This document shows positions 39,065 to 48,443 of a DNA stretch of 64,000 nucleotides, piece after piece (the stretch's first letter is position 1; each line of letters starts with the position of its first letter). The notes under the pieces are model-generated. The model worked only from the letters and a program-made list of their open reading frames with translations, was not told where the DNA came from and searched no databases. The position numbers and the translations under genes were made by a program. The DNA comes from a bacterium (lineage in GTDB: Bacteria; Zixibacteria; MSB-5A5; GN15; FEB-12). The stretch is taken from the NCBI GenBank assembly GCA_043811375.1, contig JBDRNJ010000006.1, positions 32,001 to 96,000 of the forward strand. The letters run 5' to 3'.

Positions 39065-39967
39065 ATGAAACGAACACTTCTTATCATTGGTGTCATACTG
39101 GCTATCGGTTGTGCCGGTTCGACGGAGATATGGGCTGTCGACGGACTCGCTCTGCTGAAAAACGATCCCAGCGCCCGGGCAGCCGGGATGGGTGCCGCGG
39201 TCGTATCCCTCGCCGGCGATGTGAGCGCCGTTGCATATAATCCTGCCGGTGCTGTCGGACTGGACAAGTTCACCGCTTCATTCGGACATGCCTTCTTCTG
39301 GCAGAGAATCCGCCTGGAGTCGGGTTACGTCGGTGCCCGGGTAGCATCACGTCTCTATGCCCACAGCGGGGTCAGGTTTGCCGTAGTGGATAAAATGGAA
39401 GCCCGACGGTATCCGACCGCAGAACCGTATGATCTGTTCGATGCTCATGACGTTTCTTTCAAAGGCGGGTTGGCCTGCCAATTGACCGACAAGGTTTCCG
39501 CAGGTTTTGCAGTTGGTTGGTTTATAGAAAAGATCGACGCCTGGCGCGGCGCGGCGTTCAATGTCGACCTGGGTTTGCTGGTAACGCCGACCGACGAGAC
39601 AAGTATCGGTGCCGCCATCACCAATTTCGGTTCCGACTTTAAGCTGGAAAAGCGGAGCCTGGTCGGCTCCCGCGATATTTCCCTGCCGACCACCATTCGG
39701 ATTGGTGGTTCTTATCGCTACCAGGACTACCTGGGTGCGCTGGATGCCGTTATTCTGGACGACAAACTGCATCTTCACACCGGTGCCGAGGCCGATTTGC
39801 ACCCGCAATTGAAACTGCGAGCCGGTTACCTGTTCAACTATGACGTACGCAACTTCACGGCCGGGGCATCATTCATCAGGAAGAATATGACGGTGGATTA
39901 TGCCTTCGTGCCTTTCTCGGGGAACCTTGGTTCCACCCATATGTTCAACTTCACTTTCACTCTCTAA
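39065..39967 (+). CDS. PorV/PorQ-family outer-membrane barrel
   Basis: SARAAGMG.A...YNPAG; VDYAFVPF..LG.TH.F. Confidence 0.82.
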   Translation: MKRTLLIIGVILAIGCAGSTEIWAVDGLALLKNDPSARAAGMGAAVVSLAGDVSAVAYNPAGAVGLDKFTASFGHAFFWQRIRLESGYVGARVASRLYAHSGVRFAVVDKMEARRYPTAEPYDLFDAHDVSFKGGLACQLTDKVSAGFAVGWFIEKIDAWRGAAFNVDLGLLVTPTDETSIGAAITNFGSDFKLEKRSLVGSRDISLPTTIRIGGSYRYQDYLGALDAVILDDKLHLHTGAEADLHPQLKLRAGYLFNYDVRNFTAGASFIRKNMTVDYAFVPFSGNLGSTHMFNFTFTL

Positions 39968-39987
39968 ATGACATAGGAGTCATCACT

Positions 39988-41106
39988 ATGCCGAAATATA
40001 AGATCGCCTGGTTGCCGGGCGATGGAGTTGGCAACGACGTCATGGAGGCGGCCCGGATCGTCCTGGACCGGATGAGTTTTGACGCTGAGTATATCCACGG
40101 TGATATCGGCTGGGAATTATGGAAAACCGAAGCGGACCCGCTGCCGCCGCGCACAATTGATTTGCTGAAAAACACCGATTGTGCCCTGTTCGGAGCCATC
40201 ACTTCCATGCCCAAAGAAGAAGCCGAGAACGAACTGGTTCCCGAACTTCAGGGGAAGGGTCATATCTACTCATCGCCGATTGTCCGCCTGCGGCAGGAGT
40301 TCAATCTGCGCACCAATCTCCGGCCCTGCCGGGCTTATACCGGTAATCCACTGAACTACAAAGATGGTATCGATATCGTCGTATTCCGGGAAAACACCGA
40401 GGACCTTTATTCCGGGGTGGAGTTTTTTCCCCTGCCGGACGAGGTTCGTGCCACCCTGAAGAAGCACAACAAGAAAATGGCTCGTTTCGACGCCAGCCCC
40501 GCCGATGAAATCGCCGTCTCGCTGCGCATCAACACCCTCACCGGATGCCGCAACATTGTCACCGACGCTTTCGAATATGCCAAGAGAACCGGCCGCAAGA
40601 CGGTAACGGTGGTGGAAAAGCCCAATGTCATCCGGGAAACGTCCGGCCTGATGGTACGCACAGCGCGCGACGTCGCCAAAAACTACCCCGGTATCGAGTT
40701 ATGGGAGACCAATATCGATGCCATGTGCATGTGGCTGCTAAAAAACCCGCATGACTACTCGGTGCTGGTGACTACCAACATGTTCGGTGACATCATCAGT
40801 GATCTCTGTGCTCAGCTTGTCGGCGGGTTGGGTTTTGCCGCCTCGGGGAATATCGGTGATGACTATGCCGTCTTTGAGCCGACCCACGGCTCAGCCCCCA
40901 AGTATGCCGGGCTGTACAAGGTCAACCCGATGGCGATGCTGATCACGGTTCGCCTGATGTTTGAGTGGTTGGGTGAGAAAGACAAGGCCGAGGCTCTGGA
41001 GCACGCTATTGCCGAAGTCATCCGGGAGGGTAATATCCGCACCTACGACATGGGCGGCAGCAACACTTCATTGGAGGTCGCCGAGGAAGTAGCCTCGAAG
41101 GTGTAG
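39988..41106 (+). CDS. isocitrate/isopropylmalate (possibly homoisocitrate) dehydrogenase family
   Basis: LPGDGVG, FRENTEDLY, NMFGDIISD, FEPTHGSAP. Confidence 0.9.
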   Translation: MPKYKIAWLPGDGVGNDVMEAARIVLDRMSFDAEYIHGDIGWELWKTEADPLPPRTIDLLKNTDCALFGAITSMPKEEAENELVPELQGKGHIYSSPIVRLRQEFNLRTNLRPCRAYTGNPLNYKDGIDIVVFRENTEDLYSGVEFFPLPDEVRATLKKHNKKMARFDASPADEIAVSLRINTLTGCRNIVTDAFEYAKRTGRKTVTVVEKPNVIRETSGLMVRTARDVAKNYPGIELWETNIDAMCMWLLKNPHDYSVLVTTNMFGDIISDLCAQLVGGLGFAASGNIGDDYAVFEPTHGSAPKYAGLYKVNPMAMLITVRLMFEWLGEKDKAEALEHAIAEVIREGNIRTYDMGGSNTSLEVAEEVASKV

Positions 41107-41122
41107 CCTGTCCGTTACGCCG

Positions 41123-41266
41123 GTAGCAGAGAACCTTCAATCTCCAATCCGCAGTCGTGTAGTGCTGAACCCTTTAGTGGTTCTGCCGTGCGTTGTTTCT
41201 GCAGGCACAACCGCTACGGGTTGTGCCCTACAAAGTGCTAAAAAGCGCCCTACAGAGCGCCCCTAC
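41123..41266. repeat. GTAG/CTAC-type REP cluster between convergent genes
   Basis: GGCACAACC-GCTACG-GGTTGTGCC-CTAC palindrome, repeated GCGCCC(C)TAC, GTAG..GAACC units. Confidence 0.6.
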
Positions 41267-43404
41267 CGCTCTTCAATCGGTAAGTAGATCGTAAACGTGG
41301 TGCCCTCGCCCTCGGTTGACTCTACCTTGAGGGTGCCGGCGTGGGCCGAGATGATCCGTTCCACCACCGCCAGCCCCAGGCCGGTGCCGGTTTTCTTGCT
41401 GGTGTAATAACGATCGAAAACCTTGGACAGGTTCTCTTTTTTTATGCCGACGCCGGTGTCGCTGATACGCAGGGCCAGGTAATCGTTCTTCTTGTGCTCC
41501 GGCCGTTCGATCAAACCGCGCACCGTCAGTTTGCCGCCGTCGGGCATAGCGTCGATAGCGTTGATAAACAGGTTCAGCAGCGTTTCCAGTACCTGGTTCT
41601 TATTGATGATAACATCCCAGTTGGCTTCGTCGAAAGAGGCCCCAAACTCGATGCCGTGTTTGTGCATATCCGGTTCGACCAGTTCGGCGGCGCGGGTGAC
41701 CTTCCGCCGGAGATCGACCCGTTCCGTCTGGTACTTGTTGGGGTTGGAGAAATCGACCAGTTCCCGCACCAGTTCGTTCATGCGGTAAACTTCGCTTTCG
41801 GCCGTTTGCAGCAGTTCGGATTGTTTGATCTCCGGCCAGCGCTGCGTGAGAATATGCAGGCTGCCCTTGATGGAGGTCAGCGGTTTGCGCAGGTCGTGCG
41901 AAATTTCAGAAATCATATTGCCCATCGTCAGCAGGCGAGTAGCGTTCAGCAACGCCCTTTCTTTTTCGGACAACAGCGCCGCCTGTGAGATAACCAGCCG
42001 CGCCAGGGAGATATCATCATCGGTGTAGGTCTGCTCACTGTCGGCGCCGAAGTAGAACACGCCCACCGGTTCGTCAAAACGCATTATCGGTATGGCCATA
42101 CAGGCCGGTCCGGGTTGCGGGAATTGCTGGTTGTGCGAAAGTTGCTCTGCCATAATCGTTGACAGCCCGGGGATATCATTCAGGTTCAGTCGTCTCAGAT
42201 CGATCGGCTCCAGCGTGATGCTGTCCCGGTTTATTCGACGCAGATCAATGCCGCCACTGTCGGTCAGCGGCATATCCGTAGCGCCGGAGGCACTGCCGGG
42301 CAGCAGTGTCTTGCTGTTGCTGTCCCAGTTGAACCAGATCGCGTAGTCGATGGGGAAGACCCGGCGCAGTTTGTCTACCAGGATGCGCCGGAACTCGTTC
42401 ATCGACTGGATATCCGGCAATTCCGCCGAAATCTCATGCAGAATCTCAAATTCAACCAGGCGTCGTCGATTCTTCTCAAACTGGTGAGCATCGTCAACAG
42501 CTACCGTGGCCTGGGATGCGAATGTCGTCAGCAACCGCAGATCGTTATTGGTGAAGGATTCTTCTCCCTGCTTATTGGCCATGTTGATAACGCCGATCAC
42601 TTTGTTTTTGATCGTCAGCGGGGCGCACAGCAGGGAAGCCGAGTGGTATTTCTCGCGATTGATTCTCCGGAAACGCTCATCGGATTCGATGTTCTCGATA
42701 ACCAGCGGTCGGCCGGTCCGGGCAACATAGCCGGCGATCGATTCTCCCACCGGCAGACGCGTCTGGTCGATGATCGCCTGGTCCAGTCCGATAGCGGCTT
42801 CGATAGTCAGGTATTGTCGGCGCTCATCAAGCAGCATGATGGAGCCGATCTGCGCTTCGGTAACCGATGATGCCAGCGCCACAATCTGTCTCAGCAGGTC
42901 CTTGAGATTGGCTGTCGAACCGATCGACTTGCCGGCTTCGTACAGGGCGTTCAGTTCTCCGATGCGTCGATGCAGAATCAGGTTCGACAGCTTCAATTCC
43001 TCCATCAACTGCAGTCGCTCCAGGTCGGAACGGCGTTTCTGAAGAGCCCTCTGGACAGCCAGTTCCAGATGCGTAAACTCCACCGGTTTCATAAGGTAGT
43101 CGTAGGCTCCGCGTTCCACCGCTTTCACCGCTGTGTCCAGAGAGGCGTAACCGGTCATCAGGATAACCGGGATATCTTCGTCGACCTCCTTGACGATTTT
43201 GAGGATTGCCAACCCGTCCATTTCCGGCATCTTGATATCGGTGATAACCAGGTCGACCTTTTCGTTGCGGATGACGTCCGCTGCTGCAATCGGGTTCTGA
43301 TAAGACTGGACCAGGTAACCGTCATCACGCAGTAACGTCGCCAGCGAGTCGCACATCCGCTCCTCGTCGTCAATGATAATGATTTTCTCGTTTTTCTTAC
43401 TCAT
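41263..43404 (-). CDS. hybrid sensor kinase REC-GAF-GAF-HisKA-HATPase
   Basis: IIDDE..DIKMP..KP receiver; GAF (APL.....VIGVIN); SHDLRKPL; DTGVGI, GTGLGL. Confidence 0.92.
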   Translation of the reverse strand: MSKKNEKIIIIDDEERMCDSLATLLRDDGYLVQSYQNPIAAADVIRNEKVDLVITDIKMPEMDGLAILKIVKEVDEDIPVILMTGYASLDTAVKAVERGAYDYLMKPVEFTHLELAVQRALQKRRSDLERLQLMEELKLSNLILHRRIGELNALYEAGKSIGSTANLKDLLRQIVALASSVTEAQIGSIMLLDERRQYLTIEAAIGLDQAIIDQTRLPVGESIAGYVARTGRPLVIENIESDERFRRINREKYHSASLLCAPLTIKNKVIGVINMANKQGEESFTNNDLRLLTTFASQATVAVDDAHQFEKNRRRLVEFEILHEISAELPDIQSMNEFRRILVDKLRRVFPIDYAIWFNWDSNSKTLLPGSASGATDMPLTDSGGIDLRRINRDSITLEPIDLRRLNLNDIPGLSTIMAEQLSHNQQFPQPGPACMAIPIMRFDEPVGVFYFGADSEQTYTDDDISLARLVISQAALLSEKERALLNATRLLTMGNMISEISHDLRKPLTSIKGSLHILTQRWPEIKQSELLQTAESEVYRMNELVRELVDFSNPNKYQTERVDLRRKVTRAAELVEPDMHKHGIEFGASFDEANWDVIINKNQVLETLLNLFINAIDAMPDGGKLTVRGLIERPEHKKNDYLALRISDTGVGIKKENLSKVFDRYYTSKKTGTGLGLAVVERIISAHAGTLKVESTEGEGTTFTIYLPIEER

Positions 43405-44752
43405 AACTCTGTTTCTGGCTGTGGAGGGGCAGGAAAATCTCAAAACAACCGCCGCGGTCGGTGTTGTGAAATAATATCGATCCTTTATGTCTCCGGATGA
43501 TGCCGTAGCAGACGGATAAACCCAGTCCCGTTCCTTCACTGGACTTCTTGGTTGTGAAAAACGGCTCGAAGATATGAGGAATCAGTTCCACCGAAATCCC
43601 GGGACCGGTATCGGCAAAACGAACAGAGAGTTGTTCTCCGGCCGTCTGAAGACCGACTTCCAGCGTACCGCCGTCAGGCATGGCGTCGGCGGCATTAATG
43701 ACCAGGTTAATGAGCACCTGTTTGAGGTGTTCGGATGATGCCGGTATCTGCGGCAGCCCATCGTCGATTTGGCGCACGACGGCAATCCCGCTTTTTTCCA
43801 GTTTCTGCGACATCAGCGTCAGGACCTCTTCAACAACCGTCGCCATATCAGTAGGTTCCAGTGACAGACCGTCGGGGCGGTGGAACTGCATGAGTTCTTT
43901 GACAATTCGGGCTATCCGCGAGATTTCCTGGCTGACGACGTCGGTGTAGTTGCGAGCCTCGACATTTTCCCGCAAAGACCTCCGGATCAGCAGCAGGTAG
44001 TTCTTGATGATCCCCAGCGGGTTGTTGATTTCGTGGGCTACCTTGGCCGACATTTCACCGAGGGCTGCCAGACGCTCGGAATCGAGTAATTGTTGCTGAG
44101 CAGCGCGCAGTTGAGCCGTGGCTGTTTTTTCGGCATCATAGAGTCGGGCATTATCAATTGCCACCGCAATCTGATTTCCCAGGATCGACAGAAACTCAAC
44201 GTCGTCGAGGTTAAACGGACGCCCCGATATCTTGTCTGAAACCAGCAGCAGTCCGCTCAGGCGGGCCTGATTAATCAGCGGCACCACCAGTCCCGGTTGA
44301 AAGATTTTAAGAATTTTCTGTTCGTTGCCGCCGGTCAGATCACCTGACAGTTCCCCGGTGGCAACCGGTCGGTTTAGCCGTGTCAGATAATCCAGGAGCC
44401 TGGATCCGGTTTTGAAATGCAGGGCCGGACCCGGCATGGCGCCCGACCCTTTGCCCCTGGCCATTACGAAGCTATCGGACTGTCCGTCCTCCTTAAGGAA
44501 AACGGCACCCTTGGCGGCGCCGACCTGGGCCAGACAGGTCAGGACAAAAGAGTCCAGCAGCGTCTGATAGTTAAGAACCGAATTGAAGTTACGGCTGATT
44601 TCAAAGATCGTGTAAAGATCGAATATCTTGCGTTTCAGTTGGCGGTTGGTTTCGGTCAGTTTGGTGAGGTGACGTTCGGACGCCTCGGGTTCCGGTAAGG
44701 CTGGGGGAGTCCTGGAGGTCGATCCCGACTTAGTTTTTTTTCTGTCGTTCAT
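43397..44752 (-). CDS. GAF-domain sensor histidine kinase
   Basis: AHEINNPL, NAADA, DTGPGI, FEPFFTTK, GTGLGL. Confidence 0.92.
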   Translation of the reverse strand: MNDRKKTKSGSTSRTPPALPEPEASERHLTKLTETNRQLKRKIFDLYTIFEISRNFNSVLNYQTLLDSFVLTCLAQVGAAKGAVFLKEDGQSDSFVMARGKGSGAMPGPALHFKTGSRLLDYLTRLNRPVATGELSGDLTGGNEQKILKIFQPGLVVPLINQARLSGLLLVSDKISGRPFNLDDVEFLSILGNQIAVAIDNARLYDAEKTATAQLRAAQQQLLDSERLAALGEMSAKVAHEINNPLGIIKNYLLLIRRSLRENVEARNYTDVVSQEISRIARIVKELMQFHRPDGLSLEPTDMATVVEEVLTLMSQKLEKSGIAVVRQIDDGLPQIPASSEHLKQVLINLVINAADAMPDGGTLEVGLQTAGEQLSVRFADTGPGISVELIPHIFEPFFTTKKSSEGTGLGLSVCYGIIRRHKGSILFHNTDRGGCFEIFLPLHSQKQSYE

Positions 44753-46026
44753 CCAAGCCTGTATTTCTCGAAGAATTCACCTACCAAAAAATGAGAACCG
44801 GTTACAGTGATAATATCGTCACCGGAACAGGTTTTCAAAAGCCGCCGGTAAGCTGTTCCCAGTGAGCCACAGCGTCGGGTTGGAACTGAGCGCCAATTAA
44901 TGCCGGTAAAGAGTTCTTTTGTATTTGCCGAGCGGCTTGTTCTGAGCGGCACCACCAGAAACTCTGCTGCGATTTCCGAAAGCAAATCAAACATCGCCTG
45001 ATGTTCCTTGCGTTTGACAAAGCCGGTGATGATATGGGTTTTGCGTCCGGGGAACCGGGACCGGAAGGCTTCCACAAAAGCAACCACGCCGCCGGTATTG
45101 TGGCAGACATCTAACACCAGAAACGGTCGGCCGCGTTTCTTGACGACCTGAAACCGGCCCGGCCACCGGGTCCGCATCAGGCCCTCGGGCACGGCCGCAA
45201 CCGGCACCGGCAGGCCATCATTGTTCAGAATGGAAATCGCCTTGAGCACCAGTGCCGAGTTTCTCAACTGGTGCAGACCGTAGAGGCCGGGGGTAAGCTG
45301 TCTTAAGGTCAGGCCGTTGTGTTGAAAATCCAGTTGCATAGTAGTCTTGTGGATACTGAAATCATTCTTATTGAGACGAAAATACGGCGCCCCGCGTTGG
45401 CGGCATTGAGCACGTACTACATCCCGGGCCTCGCGCGGCAGCAGTCCGATCAGATGCGGTACTGATTGCTTGATAATGCCGGCCTTCTCCCGGGCGATCT
45501 TTTCAAGAGTTGAACCGAGTATTTCCATGTGGTCGCGGCTGATGTCGGTAGTGACGGTCAACACCGGTAGCAACACATTGGTGGCGTCAAGACGACCTCC
45601 CAACCCGGTTTCGATCACCGCCACCTCAACTTCGGTGTGACGGAAATGACACAACGCCAGCGCCGTAACTACCTCGAAAAACGACAGTTTTCTGCGGACC
45701 AACTCAGACCGGTGGCGATCTATAAAAGCCGCCACTGATGGTCGGGGTATCTTACGACCGCGAACCCGTATCCGTTCCCGCAGGTCACACAGGTGAGGTG
45801 AGGTAAACAAGCCGGTCTTGTAGCCGGCCGTGCGCAGAATCGCCTCCAGCATTGCCGCCACCGATCCCTTGCCGTTGGTGCCGGCGATATGGATGGTCCG
45901 GTAGCTGTTCTGGGGTGAGCCGATCGAGTCCAGAAAGGCGGAGATATTCTCCAGCCCCAGCTTCATGCCGAAAAATTCCCGCGAGAGAATGAATTTCTCA
46001 GCCGAAACATAGGAATGCTTCGGCAT
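44749..46026 (-). CDS. folC: folylpolyglutamate/dihydrofolate synthase
   Basis: HIAGTNGKGS, FTSPHL, ETGLGGRLDATN, WPGR, TGSHFLVG. Confidence 0.95.
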   Translation of the reverse strand: MPKHSYVSAEKFILSREFFGMKLGLENISAFLDSIGSPQNSYRTIHIAGTNGKGSVAAMLEAILRTAGYKTGLFTSPHLCDLRERIRVRGRKIPRPSVAAFIDRHRSELVRRKLSFFEVVTALALCHFRHTEVEVAVIETGLGGRLDATNVLLPVLTVTTDISRDHMEILGSTLEKIAREKAGIIKQSVPHLIGLLPREARDVVRAQCRQRGAPYFRLNKNDFSIHKTTMQLDFQHNGLTLRQLTPGLYGLHQLRNSALVLKAISILNNDGLPVPVAAVPEGLMRTRWPGRFQVVKKRGRPFLVLDVCHNTGGVVAFVEAFRSRFPGRKTHIITGFVKRKEHQAMFDLLSEIAAEFLVVPLRTSRSANTKELFTGINWRSVPTRRCGSLGTAYRRLLKTCSGDDIITVTGSHFLVGEFFEKYRLG

Positions 46027-46868
46027 TACTTTCTCCGCATGAACTTCAGCAAGCTGACAACAGTATTACGGAGATCCTGGCGCTCCACCACCTTGTCCAG
46101 GAATCCTTTTTCCAGGAAGAACTCCGAAGACTGAAAGCCCTCGGGCAACTTTTGACCGATTGTTTGCTGTATGACTCGCGGTCCGGCAAAACCGAGCAGC
46201 GCTTTCGGTTCGGCCAATATGACATCACCCAGCGAGGCATAGGAAGCCATTACGCCGGCAGTTGTGGGGTTGGTTAAAATCGAGATATACGGTAGTCGCT
46301 TATCATCCAGCCTGGCCAGCAGCGCCGACGTTTTGGCCATCTGCATCAGCGACAGAATCCCTTCCTGCATTCGGGCGCCGCCTGAACAGGAAACGATAAC
46401 CAGCGGTACTTCGTGCTTGATGGCTCGCTCTATAGCCCGAGCAATCTTTTCACCAACTACCGAACCCATCGATCCCCCGATGAATTGGAAGTTCATGATA
46501 GCAAAGGATACCGGCATACCTGCAATTTCTGCCATGCCGGCCACAACGCCTTCAATAGTGCCGGTTTTTTGCTGAGCTGCCTTGATTCGATCAGGGTACT
46601 TTTTGGAATCTTTGAACTTAAGCGGATCCTTGGAAGCCAGTTTGATATCATACTCTTCCAGTTGACCGTCATCCAGCAGCAGATCAATGTACTTGCGAGT
46701 TGAAATACGGAAATGATACCGGCAGTTGGGGCAGACCCACAACAACTCTTCCATCTTTTTGCTGTAGACGATTTCGCCGCAGGAGGGGCACTTGGTCCAC
46801 AGGCCCTCCGGTATATTTCTCTTCTCCTGTGTCGCCGGGCCGGATTTTGCCTTCCTAAACCACGCCAT
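46026..46868 (-). CDS. accD: acetyl-CoA carboxylase carboxyltransferase beta
   Basis: LWTKCPSC, GGSMGSVVGEKI, SGGARMQEG, FAGPRVI. Confidence 0.97.
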   Translation of the reverse strand: MAWFRKAKSGPATQEKRNIPEGLWTKCPSCGEIVYSKKMEELLWVCPNCRYHFRISTRKYIDLLLDDGQLEEYDIKLASKDPLKFKDSKKYPDRIKAAQQKTGTIEGVVAGMAEIAGMPVSFAIMNFQFIGGSMGSVVGEKIARAIERAIKHEVPLVIVSCSGGARMQEGILSLMQMAKTSALLARLDDKRLPYISILTNPTTAGVMASYASLGDVILAEPKALLGFAGPRVIQQTIGQKLPEGFQSSEFFLEKGFLDKVVERQDLRNTVVSLLKFMRRK

Positions 46869-46870
46869 GT

Positions 46871-47359
46871 CTACCGAATTTCCTCGCTCTGTTCTACCTG
46901 GCGCACCAGCACCAGCGCGTCTTCGACCGGATCATTATACCACTGTCGCCGACGGTACCGATAGATAAAACCAAATCGCTGATAGAATGCGCAAGCTGCG
47001 ACATTGCCGGGACGCACCTCCAGGAACAATTGGTCGCAGCCACACTCATTCACGATGGATAAGATAGCCTTCAGGAGTTGCGTGGCAACCGATTTTCTGC
47101 GGCTGTCCGGGCTAACGGCAATGTTGGTCAGATGGCCCTGGTTGCCGCTATAACAACAGCAGGCATAACCGATTACGCTGCCGTCCCGGTCTGCCACCAG
47201 GGCTCGGCAGTCAGCATTATCCAGGTGATCCTGAAAAGCCGAGCCCGGCCAGTGATCAGTGAAAATGCTCAACTCCAGCGACACAATGGCCGGCAGATCG
47301 GCGACTGTCATATCCCTGATTATTACCGCCGATTTATTTTTTCTTTGGTTGTTGTTCAA
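46871..47359 (-). CDS. rimI: ribosomal protein S18 N-acetyltransferase (probable TTG start overlapping tsaB)
   Basis: HLTNIAV, LEVR..N..A..FY..FGF, DALVL; follows tsaB. Confidence 0.85.
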   Translation of the reverse strand: MNNNQRKNKSAVIIRDMTVADLPAIVSLELSIFTDHWPGSAFQDHLDNADCRALVADRDGSVIGYACCCYSGNQGHLTNIAVSPDSRRKSVATQLLKAILSIVNECGCDQLFLEVRPGNVAACAFYQRFGFIYRYRRRQWYNDPVEDALVLVRQVEQSEEIR

Positions 47360-48008
47360 AGCGCAGCTCCGCGCGAGACTTCTGTACGTACAGCGGCTCC
47401 AGGGCGGCCAGGTCATCATAATCCCCGACCGTCAGCCGGTTTTGGCCCAGGGTGAGCAGATCCGCGGCATCGTACTCAATCAGATCCGTCCGGTCGACCC
47501 TGCCGAGATCAGGCGTGACCCCGACACCCAAAAGGCGATCCTCACCGACAACGGTCGCCAGTTCGGTATAAGCAACAACTCTGATGTCAGCGGCATCAAA
47601 TGATCCCTTGCCAACCGGAGCCAGCAGGCACTCGTCGCGATTCAGTCCGATTACGATCCGGACTTTGTGGTCCTCATCGCGCAACCGATGAGCCGCCATT
47701 TGAAACAAACTGATGCCGACTATTGGAATATCCAGAGCTACCGCCATTCCTTTAGCTGCCGCCAGCCCAATCCTCAGGCCGGTGAACGAACCGGGGCCGG
47801 TGCACACTACCAGAGCCTGAAGGTCATCCGGCTTAAGTCCCCCCGAGAGCATCAGGTCGCCCATTTTCTTGACGATTAGTCGTCCATGCGATCGATCCAC
47901 CCTTTCATTCAATTTAACGATTCTGTCAACGCCGGACGATACCGCCAGTCTCAGGTAGCTGGAAGAAGTATCAATTGCCAGGATATTCTGAAAGCGATTG
48001 TTGCTCAT
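47334..48008 (-). CDS. tsaB: t6A biosynthesis protein TsaB
   Basis: ILAIDTS, GPGSFTGLRIG, EPLY. Confidence 0.95.
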   Translation of the reverse strand: MSNNRFQNILAIDTSSSYLRLAVSSGVDRIVKLNERVDRSHGRLIVKKMGDLMLSGGLKPDDLQALVVCTGPGSFTGLRIGLAAAKGMAVALDIPIVGISLFQMAAHRLRDEDHKVRIVIGLNRDECLLAPVGKGSFDAADIRVVAYTELATVVGEDRLLGVGVTPDLGRVDRTDLIEYDAADLLTLGQNRLTVGDYDDLAALEPLYVQKSRAELRFEQQPKKK

Positions 48009-48439
48009 GGCTGAACCAGGGAAACAGATATTCGGCGCCGATGTTCTCCGACAATAGTGAAACAGATGCGATAATACTCATCCGGTATCAGATCACCGGC
48101 TTTCTCACCCCACTCGATAACCATCAACCCTTCCCGCTGTAGATAATCATCCCAGCCAAGTTCATACAGTTCGGATGGGTCCGTCAGCCGGTAAAGATCA
48201 AAGTGAAACAGGGGATACCGACCGGGGTATTCATTGACCATCGTAAAGGACGGGGAATGGATCAGTTGTTCATCGATCCCCAGCGCCGACGCCAGGCCAT
48301 GCACGAACAAAGTTTTGCCCGAACCCAGATCTCCCGACATGATGACCACGTCCGGTCGGCGCAGGTGCGGTGCCAGCCGGGTGGCCAGCGCCAAAGTCTG
48401 TTTCTCGGAATGAGAGACTATGTCCAGTTCCTGGAGCAC
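48005..48439 (-). CDS. tsaE: t6A biosynthesis ATPase TsaE
   Basis: GDLGSGKT, SPSFT, HFDLYRL, IEW. Confidence 0.95.
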   Translation of the reverse strand: MLQELDIVSHSEKQTLALATRLAPHLRRPDVVIMSGDLGSGKTLFVHGLASALGIDEQLIHSPSFTMVNEYPGRYPLFHFDLYRLTDPSELYELGWDDYLQREGLMVIEWGEKAGDLIPDEYYRICFTIVGEHRRRISVSLVQP

Positions 48440-48443
48440 TGTT

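Noticed and set aside
39988..41106. Calling this leuB and linking it to the ILV leader
   Set aside because: Substrate specificity cannot be assigned by eye, no leuCD nearby, and it is 9.5 kb away in another transcription unit
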